A program made the position numbers and the translations under genes. A DNA stretch of 64,000 bases, taken from the NCBI GenBank assembly GCA_034189385.1, contig JAXHVD010000012.1, forward strand, positions 32,001 through 96,000. Reading direction: 5' to 3'. This document shows positions 20,428-27,651 of the stretch, piece by piece. How positions within the stretch are numbered: position 1 is the stretch's first letter; the number at the start of each line of letters is the position of its first letter. This stretch comes from Thermodesulfobacteriota bacterium (GTDB taxonomy: Bacteria; Desulfobacterota; Desulfobacteria; Desulfobacterales; C00003060). Below the pieces are notes generated by a model. The model made no database searches, was not told where the DNA came from, and was given only the letters and a program-made list of their open reading frames with translations.

Positions 20428-21381
20428 ATGAAAAAGACCCACCAAATTTCTCATTCGCTCATCGCAACAATCCTATTGCTTCTATTCTGGCCGGCTCTTT
20501 CTTTGACCCAGGACCAATCCGGGTCTCCCAGCACAAACCTTAGGGCCTCCCTGGCACCAGACCCGGCCCCCTTCGGCAGCCTGGCAGTGCTTACCCTGGA
20601 CTATGATTTGCCGGAGCAAGGTCGCCTACTGGAGGGCCTGGAGATTGACGGTCTCCAAGGTTTGACCGTTGTAGAACGACAAATGGAGCCCGGCCGCATC
20701 ACCATCAATCTCCTCGTAGACCAGGTAGGTTCTCTTAAGACCGAACCACTGGCCCTGGCTTACGTGGACAAAGACGGCAACACACAAACCCTCACATCCG
20801 ATCTGGTCTCCATTTCCGTGGTCTCCGCCCTGGGGCAGCGGCCTGAGGAAGCTGAGCTACGGCCCATTCAAGGGATCATTCCCACGAAGGCTCCGTGGCT
20901 CAGATACGCGCCCTGGGTAGCCGGCCTGCTGTTTGTCTTGCTGGCTGGGGCAGGAATTCTGTGGTGGCTCAAAAAGGGACGCTTTCAGACCCTTTCTGCG
21001 GAAGTGATGGACCCGCCTCACATAAGGGCCAGAAAGGCAATCGAGGAACTGGAAAGGCAGGCCATTTTTGAAAAGGGTGAGATCAAGGGATTTTACTTCC
21101 GCTTCTCTGAGATTCTTAAGCGATATCTGGAAGGCCTGAGGGGCTATCCGGCGGCTGAGTTTACCACGGAAGAGATAGCCCTTCGCATAGACAACGAAGA
21201 AGACCGTCGGCTCCTGGGTTTGCTCCGCCACGCCGATCTTGTGAAATTCGCAGACACGGTCCCAACGCCTGCCAGAAAAGAAGAAGAAGTAAAAGCTGCC
21301 CTTTCTTACATCCAAGAGACCAGCATGGTCCTGGAGAGCGATCTCTCAGCAGACAGTAGCACCCAAAAGGGGGGGCCATGA
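20428..21381 (+). CDS. Bat-operon membrane protein upstream of batA
   Basis: Signal peptide, ELRPIQG..P then TM, PPHIRA, FYFRFSEILKRYLE, TTEEI, ADLVKFA. Confidence 0.85.
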   Translation: MKKTHQISHSLIATILLLLFWPALSLTQDQSGSPSTNLRASLAPDPAPFGSLAVLTLDYDLPEQGRLLEGLEIDGLQGLTVVERQMEPGRITINLLVDQVGSLKTEPLALAYVDKDGNTQTLTSDLVSISVVSALGQRPEEAELRPIQGIIPTKAPWLRYAPWVAGLLFVLLAGAGILWWLKKGRFQTLSAEVMDPPHIRARKAIEELERQAIFEKGEIKGFYFRFSEILKRYLEGLRGYPAAEFTTEEIALRIDNEEDRRLLGLLRHADLVKFADTVPTPARKEEEVKAALSYIQETSMVLESDLSADSSTQKGGP

Positions 21382-22373
21382 CCTTCCAGTTTGCATACCC
21401 CGTCCTCCTGGCTCTTATTTTGCCGGTTCTGGGATGGGTCCTTTTTTCCCTTTGGAGAAAACCGGACGGCATGACCTATTCCATGACGTCAAGACTGGCC
21501 CTTCTAGCCGGTGGCACCAGGCGGCTCTGGGACAAGGTGCCTTTGGCCTTAAGGACCGCCTGCCTAGTATTGTTGGTTCTTGCCGCGGCCCGGCCCCAAC
21601 TCTTTAATGTGTCCAGGGAAGCAAAATCTCCAGGGGTAGACATCATGCTCTGTCTAGACACTTCAGGCTCCATGCAGGCCCTGGATTTTCAGTTGAATGA
21701 AAAACCGGTCTCCCGCCTCACGGCCGTGAAAAAGGTGGTCAGCGAGTTTATCCGAAAAAGGGAAATGGACAGGATCGGCCTTGTGGTCTTTGGAGCAGAG
21801 GCCTTTACCCAGTCCCCCCTCACGGTGGACAAGGGCCTCCTGCTGGGTCTGGTGGAAAAAATGGAGGTCGGCATGGCCGGAGACCGCACTGCCATCGGTT
21901 CTGCCATCGCCGTGGGAGGGAAGAGACTCAAGGACCTGGAGGCCAAGTCCAAGGTGCTCATTATCCTCACAGACGGCAGACACAATGCCGGCGACATTAC
22001 ACCGGAAGAAGCAGCCCAGGCAGTGGGAGCCCTGAATATCAAGATATATGCCATCGGTGTGGGAGGAAAAGGCCCTGCGCCTTTTCCCGTCAATACGTTC
22101 TTTGGCCGTCGTGTGGTCCATCGAGAAGTTGACCTGGACGAGACAACCCTCAAAAAGGTGGCAAACGTGGGGGGAGGAGAATATTTCAGGGCAGCGGACA
22201 GCGAGCGGCTGTCGGAGATATACGATATCATAGACCGGCAGGAAAAGACGGAGGTAAAGGTAAAAGAGTTTCTTCATTTCCGGGAACTTTACCATCTCTT
22301 CCTTATTCCCGCTCTGGCTTTTCTCGGCTTGGAAATCCTTTTGACGTCCACATTCTTGAGGGTTATCCCATGA
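21378..22373 (+). CDS. batA: BatA-like VWA membrane protein
   Basis: FAYP N-terminus, AAARPQ, MIDAS DTSGSM, DRIGLVVF, TAIG, ILTDG, C-terminal TM. Confidence 0.9.
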   Translation: MTFQFAYPVLLALILPVLGWVLFSLWRKPDGMTYSMTSRLALLAGGTRRLWDKVPLALRTACLVLLVLAAARPQLFNVSREAKSPGVDIMLCLDTSGSMQALDFQLNEKPVSRLTAVKKVVSEFIRKREMDRIGLVVFGAEAFTQSPLTVDKGLLLGLVEKMEVGMAGDRTAIGSAIAVGGKRLKDLEAKSKVLIILTDGRHNAGDITPEEAAQAVGALNIKIYAIGVGGKGPAPFPVNTFFGRRVVHREVDLDETTLKKVANVGGGEYFRAADSERLSEIYDIIDRQEKTEVKVKEFLHFRELYHLFLIPALAFLGLEILLTSTFLRVIP

Positions 22374-23368
22374 CCATGGCCCATGTCTGGGTACTCCATC
22401 TCCTATGGCTTCTGCCCTTGGTTGCCCTGGCCCTTGTGTTTCATGGCAGGCAAAGAAAAAGGGCCATGGAGCAATTTGCCGATCCAGAGCTTCTGACCAG
22501 GCTGGCCGGCGAAGATCGGAAGCGGACCCGCTTTTTCAAGGGGCTGTTCTTGCTCACTGCCCTGGGCCTCATGTTCTTTGCCCTGGCAGGACCACGGTGG
22601 GGAAGTCATTTTCAGGAAGTCCATCAAAAGGGCGTGGACATCATGATCCTGGTGGACGTGTCCCCTAGCATGCTGGTAGAAGATGTGGAGCCTAATCGAC
22701 TTGAGCGGGCCAGAAGGGAAATCCTGGATTTCCTGAAAGTCGTCCAGGGAGACCGGGTGGGCATGGTGGCCTTTTCCGGAGCGGCCTTTGTCCAGTGTCC
22801 CTTGACGCTCGACTATGGGGCCTTGGAGATGTTCCTTGGCGCTTTGGAGCCGGACCTGATACCCGTGCCCGGCACAGACCTGGGCGCGGCCATCGAAACA
22901 GGAATCTCTTCTTTTGACTCCAAATCAGAGACAGACAAGGTCATCCTCCTGATCACGGACGGTGAGGATAACGAAGACAAAGGACTTGAATGGGCCCGCA
23001 AAGCAGCGGCTGGGAGGGTGAAAATCTTCGTCTTTGGTATAGGAGAGGTCTCGGGGGGGCCTATTCCGGCTGGAGACGGCAAAGGGGGGTTTAAGCAAGA
23101 CGAGAAAGGTCAACTGATCTTGTCCAAGCTCGAAGAACAGGGCCTCCGGGACATCGCTGCCGTGACCGGAGGGACCTATGTCCGGTCCGTAGGAGGCGAC
23201 CTGGACCTGGATATCCTCTACTTTGAAGGAATCAAATCCAGGACAGAGGCGGAGACGCTGAAAAGCGGCAAGGTCAAGGTCTACGAAGAACGTTTCCCAG
23301 TCTTCCTTTTGGCCGCCCTTGTGTTCCTGTTTCTTGAAGGACTGATTCGTGAAAGGACAGTTCGTTGA
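22370..23368 (+). CDS. batB: BatB-like VWA membrane protein
   Basis: ALAGPRWG, DVSPSMLVEDVEPNRLERA, CPLTLDY, LITDGE, YEERF + TM. Confidence 0.9.
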   Translation: MTMAHVWVLHLLWLLPLVALALVFHGRQRKRAMEQFADPELLTRLAGEDRKRTRFFKGLFLLTALGLMFFALAGPRWGSHFQEVHQKGVDIMILVDVSPSMLVEDVEPNRLERARREILDFLKVVQGDRVGMVAFSGAAFVQCPLTLDYGALEMFLGALEPDLIPVPGTDLGAAIETGISSFDSKSETDKVILLITDGEDNEDKGLEWARKAAAGRVKIFVFGIGEVSGGPIPAGDGKGGFKQDEKGQLILSKLEEQGLRDIAAVTGGTYVRSVGGDLDLDILYFEGIKSRTEAETLKSGKVKVYEERFPVFLLAALVFLFLEGLIRERTVR

Positions 23369-23750
23369 TTAGTCGATTGGTCAAATTGGTTCGCTACTGA
23401 AGTCTCATGCCTTTGTCAACTGTTTGAAATAACAGCTAGAAGCGTGCTGAGGTTTCCAGAAAATGGAAGATCCCCGGTTTGGGCCTTTTCTATGGAATTG
23501 AAGCCTCGGGATGGGGAAATTCGCTTCTCTTCGGCCTCCAATGCCTTGAGTAGCTGTGCGAAGGTTGTATGTTGCAATGGCTGTAGGCCTTTGTTCAGCA
23601 AATCTCCCCATCCCTCTGTTGCCAAATCAAGGGGGAGAAGTCTTGACAAGGCTACCATTTGTAGAAAATAGGAATACGAAACTTGGTTCCCTCTTAATCC
23701 GTTCAAGAACCCAACGACTTGACCATTCGACTGCTGAACGATCCAACGAA
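23361..23750. repeat. Intergenic element bounded by ~8-nt-period inverted repeats, with a degenerate REP-like hairpin inside
   Basis: AGTCGATTGGTCAA (23371-23384) matches the reverse complement of TTGACCATTCGACT (23719-23732) at 13/14; outer TTCGTTG/CAACGAA; internal CTCCCC...GGGGAG at ~23605-23638. Confidence 0.65.
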
Positions 23751-23759
23751 AAGACAACC

Positions 23760-24671
23760 ATGAACCCAAAAGTTGCTCTCTTGAAGACCGTTATGGGCAT
23801 CCTCCTCCTGGGAGTCCTGTGGTCTCCTCCCTCCCTGGCCGCTGAGGATCCTGACGCGCTTTACGAGCAAGGCCGGTTTGCTGAAGCTGAAAAGGCCTAT
23901 GCCGAGGCAGATATGGATCATCCAAAAGACGTCCGGTACCGGTTTAACCGGGGATGTGCCGCCTTTCAGAACGGTGATTTTCAGGGAGCCACGGCCGCCT
24001 TTTCCAGTGTCTTAAGAAGGGCTGAGGATGACGAGACACGGTTCAAAGCGGTCTATAATCTGGCCAATGCGGCCTTCAAGCAGGGTGATTTTCAACACGC
24101 AGCAGACCTCTACAGGCAAGCAATCCTTTCCAGTCCGGAGAGTAAAGATGCCAAGTACAATCTGGAACTTGCCCTTCGAGAGTTGGAAAGACTACAGCAA
24201 CAAGAAGATCAGGAGCAAGACACACAACCCCAAGGGGAGCCGGGACAGGGAGAAGATCAGCAAGATCAGGCCGGCCAAAAGAGTGAAGACCAGGACAAGT
24301 CATCCCAGCAAGAGGCCTCCCAAGAGCAGCCGTCTCAGGAGTCCTCTCAAGGTGAGGATCAGCCAACGGACAAGGACCAAGAGGAGGCCGAAGAAGAGGC
24401 CGCATCCGACGAGACCAAAGGTGCAGAACAGAATCAGGGAAAACAAGCCGGCGAAGAATCCCCTCAGGACCTTTCGGGGCAGCTTAAGGCCATGGATGCC
24501 CTGCCCCAAGACCGGGAAGACGATGAGGCCCCTGGTGCTGCCATGTCTATGGTTGACAAGAGGAAGGCTGAGGCCCTCCTTGACAACGTGGAAGAAGACC
24601 GTGCCAAATTCCTCCAGTTTCAAGTCCCCAAAGACAAGAGGCACGGCGTCTTGTCAGGGAGGGATTGGTAG
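23760..24671 (+). CDS. batC: BatC-like TPR protein with Q/E/D-rich linker
   Basis: Signal peptide, TPR repeats (YNLANAAF, DAKYNLELA), long Q/E-rich stretch, AEALLD..., terminal RDW. Confidence 0.88.
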   Translation: MNPKVALLKTVMGILLLGVLWSPPSLAAEDPDALYEQGRFAEAEKAYAEADMDHPKDVRYRFNRGCAAFQNGDFQGATAAFSSVLRRAEDDETRFKAVYNLANAAFKQGDFQHAADLYRQAILSSPESKDAKYNLELALRELERLQQQEDQEQDTQPQGEPGQGEDQQDQAGQKSEDQDKSSQQEASQEQPSQESSQGEDQPTDKDQEEAEEEAASDETKGAEQNQGKQAGEESPQDLSGQLKAMDALPQDREDDEAPGAAMSMVDKRKAEALLDNVEEDRAKFLQFQVPKDKRHGVLSGRDW

Positions 24672-24801
24672 GAATGATTAGAGGCTTGAGGCTCAAGGAC
24701 ATCGTGCAATGGGTCACCGTCACCACTCTGCGATTTCGGTGCTCTGGCGAATGAAGATAAGAATGATCAGCAATAGAGAAAGCCTGCAAAATCCGCAAGT
24801 C

Positions 24802-26646
24802 ATGACCAACCCTCATAAGGGTCATATACAGGTCTTGTCCAAGAAGGCTCCGTGCCTGCTTTCAGCTTTGAGGTTTGAGCCTTCAGCCCTCTTATTCCTG
24901 CTGCTGGTAAGCGTCCTCTTTGTATTGCTCTCCAGTGCGGCGGGCGCCGCCGTGTCCGTTGCCTTGCAACTGGACCGCAAGGAGGCCACCCTTTCCGATT
25001 CCATCAGGATGATTGTCAGCGTGGCTGGTGCAAGGGAGAGTGATTCCAAACCCTCAGTGCACGGTCTGGAGGCCTTTCATGTCACAGGAGGGGGAACCTC
25101 AAGCCGCCTTGAGATCATCAACGGACAGGTCCGCACCGGGATTGACTTTACGTATTTTATTCAGCCCAAAGAGTCAGGTACCTTTAAGGTCGGGCCAGCT
25201 GAAATCACCATTGACGGCAACGTGGTGAAAAGCAACAAGGAGACACTGAAGGTTACAGAACCGTCCAGGTCCTCAGGCACGGCCCGGGGGCCTCTTTTTC
25301 TCACCGCAGCCCTTTCTCCCAAAGAAGTCTATGTGGAAGAGCAGACCATCTACACCCTGAAACTCTTTCGCCAGACCAGGATAAGCGACATCTCCCTTGA
25401 TCTTCCGGAACAGGAACACCTTTCCTTTAAGCAGCTTGGAAAGCCCCTTGAATACAATAGCGTCCATAACGGGCAATCATACCAGGTACTGGAAGTTCGC
25501 TATGCCCTTACTGCATCAAGTGAAGGGGCTTACAAGATCGGACCTTCAAGTATGAATTTCACCGTGTATCAGCCCAGGACCCGATCACGGCGAAGCCCCT
25601 TTGATGATCCCTTTTTCAACGACCCCTTTCGCTCCTTTTCCACGGGCAGACCCATGACCCTTTCCAGTGACCCTGCGCAGATGAAGGTCCTTCCCCTGCC
25701 TGCCCAAGGAAGGCCTGCTGATTTCAGCGGTCTGGTGGGGACCTTTCAGTTGGAATCTGCGCTGGAGCCCACGGAGATGCAGACCGGCGAATCGGCCACG
25801 CTCACTGTCTTCCTCAGAGGTCGTGGGAATGTACACCGCATCCCTGACCTGGAGATGCCCGAGGTGGATCATACCAAGGTCTATGCCGATCAACCGGTCC
25901 TCGAAGTGGAGACGGACCAACAGGGCATTAGGGGCTCAAAGACCATGAAGTGGGCCCTTGTGCCTGAAAAGGAAGGGTTCTATCACATTCCTCCTTTGAC
26001 GGTGAGCTTCTTTGATACCAAAAGCCGGCAGTATCGCTCCATAGGCACGTCACCTTTCTCTTTTTCCGTTTTACCCGGCCAGGACAAGGAGGTACAAGCC
26101 ACAGCAGACTCTGTGGCCGGCCAGGGAGCTGAAGACCCCGCAAAAAAGGCCGTCAAGGAATTGGGCCGGGACATCCTGCCAGTCCACACGTCGGTCAAGG
26201 ACCTGGAACCCGCCCTTGGTGCCACACCGCAGGGCTTACTCCTCTGGGTCCTGCTGGCAGCGCCTTTTCTTATTTACGGGATGGCATTTTGCGGAAAGAA
26301 AATGAGGAACGATTCAGATAAGGCATCGGCCCTGGCAAAGACCAAAAAGGCAGCCGGCCAACTCATCAAGAAATGTGGGGACGCTGAGCTCAACTCGACC
26401 GATCTCAACGAAGCCATCAGGGTCTATTTCAATGATCGATTGCGCCTCTCCCTTGGCTCCCTCACACCAGGAGAAGCATTTGAGATCCTTCAATCAAGCG
26501 GCGTCAGGCCTTCTCTAGCCGGGAAGCTTCAGGCCTTCCTCCAGAAACTGGAAGATCACGTTTATTCGGGCAGAGGGCAGGATGTCTGTCATATGGGAGA
26601 AGACCTCCCCGCCCTCATCAAGGAAATAGACAAGGAAATCCGATGA
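24802..26646 (+). CDS. batD: BatD family protein
   Basis: SSRLEIING, FSGLVGTF, GRGNV, C-terminal TM; position in the bat operon. Start uncertain (24709-24802). Confidence 0.88.
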   Translation: MTNPHKGHIQVLSKKAPCLLSALRFEPSALLFLLLVSVLFVLLSSAAGAAVSVALQLDRKEATLSDSIRMIVSVAGARESDSKPSVHGLEAFHVTGGGTSSRLEIINGQVRTGIDFTYFIQPKESGTFKVGPAEITIDGNVVKSNKETLKVTEPSRSSGTARGPLFLTAALSPKEVYVEEQTIYTLKLFRQTRISDISLDLPEQEHLSFKQLGKPLEYNSVHNGQSYQVLEVRYALTASSEGAYKIGPSSMNFTVYQPRTRSRRSPFDDPFFNDPFRSFSTGRPMTLSSDPAQMKVLPLPAQGRPADFSGLVGTFQLESALEPTEMQTGESATLTVFLRGRGNVHRIPDLEMPEVDHTKVYADQPVLEVETDQQGIRGSKTMKWALVPEKEGFYHIPPLTVSFFDTKSRQYRSIGTSPFSFSVLPGQDKEVQATADSVAGQGAEDPAKKAVKELGRDILPVHTSVKDLEPALGATPQGLLLWVLLAAPFLIYGMAFCGKKMRNDSDKASALAKTKKAAGQLIKKCGDAELNSTDLNEAIRVYFNDRLRLSLGSLTPGEAFEILQSSGVRPSLAGKLQAFLQKLEDHVYSGRGQDVCHMGEDLPALIKEIDKEIR

Positions 26647-27437
26647 GACCCTCCCCTACAAGCCATCACGTGCACTTATTCTGGATTCCCTTGGCCCTTC
26701 TCGCAGCAGTTTTATTCCTAACGTTTCGCAGTGATGCCAGGGCCAACGGATGGGAGGAGGTTTTTTTCAAGGCCAATCAAGCCTACAAGGAAGGGCGTTT
26801 TCAAGAGGCCATTGACGCGTATGGCCGGCTACTCGACTCAGGACATGAAAATGGGCACATTTACTACAATCTGGGCAACGCCCACTTTCGTCTCAACCAG
26901 ATCGGGCAGGCTATTTTGAACTACGAGCGGGCCGATGTCCTTATGCCCCGAGATGCAGACCTGAATTTCAACCTGGGCTATGCCCGTGATCAGACACAGG
27001 ATGCAATTTCCCAACCCAAGGGCTTTATGGACACCACCTTTTTTTGGCTCCACACCATGACCCTTCATGAACTGTCTTGGGCCTTTGTAGTCCTAAATCT
27101 TGTCTTCTGGACCGTCTTTCTTATAAGACTATTTCGCCCGTCGGAGTGGACCTTCTACACTGCTCTCATACTCCTGGTCCTCTGGTTCCTTGCCGGGGCC
27201 TCCTTTGGTGTGAAGTACTTTCAGCAACAAACCGATGACCGTGCTGTTATTCTGGCAAAAGAAGCGGATGCCCTAGCCGGCCCAGACACGGAAGACACCC
27301 TCCTTTTCAAGCTCCACGAAGGCGCAATCGTCCTCCTTGAGAGATCAGAGGATGGGTGGTCCCTGGTAAGTCTGCCGGACAATAAAAGGGGCTGGGTGAA
27401 GAAGGAGACCATTGAGAGAATAAACCAGAGGACATAG
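26643..27437 (+). CDS. batE: BatE-like TPR + SH3-like protein
   Basis: FFKANQAY, YYNLGNAHF, AILNYERA..PRDAD..FNL, two TMs, LFKLHEG...GWV. Confidence 0.9.
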   Translation: MRPSPTSHHVHLFWIPLALLAAVLFLTFRSDARANGWEEVFFKANQAYKEGRFQEAIDAYGRLLDSGHENGHIYYNLGNAHFRLNQIGQAILNYERADVLMPRDADLNFNLGYARDQTQDAISQPKGFMDTTFFWLHTMTLHELSWAFVVLNLVFWTVFLIRLFRPSEWTFYTALILLVLWFLAGASFGVKYFQQQTDDRAVILAKEADALAGPDTEDTLLFKLHEGAIVLLERSEDGWSLVSLPDNKRGWVKKETIERINQRT

Positions 27438-27509
27438 TAGGAGCCTGAAAGCATCCGACTCTTTTCAAGCCCACAGGCACACGTACTGAGGAAAGAGGCA
27501 TGGATGACA

Positions 27510-27590
27510 GGCTCAAGGTGTAGGGCATGAGGCTTAAGGGAAAGCGACATGTCTGCAATCTCCCTGAGCCTTGCGCCTGCACCCTGCGCC
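27510..27590. repeat. Inverted heptamer-array hairpin
   Basis: GGCTCAA GGTGTAG GGCATGA GGCTTAA GGGA facing TCCCTGAGCC TTGCGCC TGCACC CTGCGCC. Confidence 0.7.
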
Positions 27591-27595
27591 GCAAG

Positions 27596-27626
27596 AAAGG
27601 CTGGGCCGAAACGACCCAGCCTTTTC
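27596..27626. terminator. Bidirectional intrinsic terminator between batE and the convergent repeat gene
   Basis: AAAGGCTGGG-N9-CCCAGCCTTTT. Confidence 0.75.
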
Positions 27627-27651
27627 CATGCTCGGTAGTAGCATCATACCA

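Noticed and set aside
23416..23769. 117-aa minus ORF inside the batB-batC spacer as element cargo
   Set aside because: It starts inside the batC start and repeat arm and shows no four-helix-bundle, GxxExxY or transposase motifs.
24190..24470. Q/E-rich low-complexity stretch
   Set aside because: Normal linker of BatC-type proteins.
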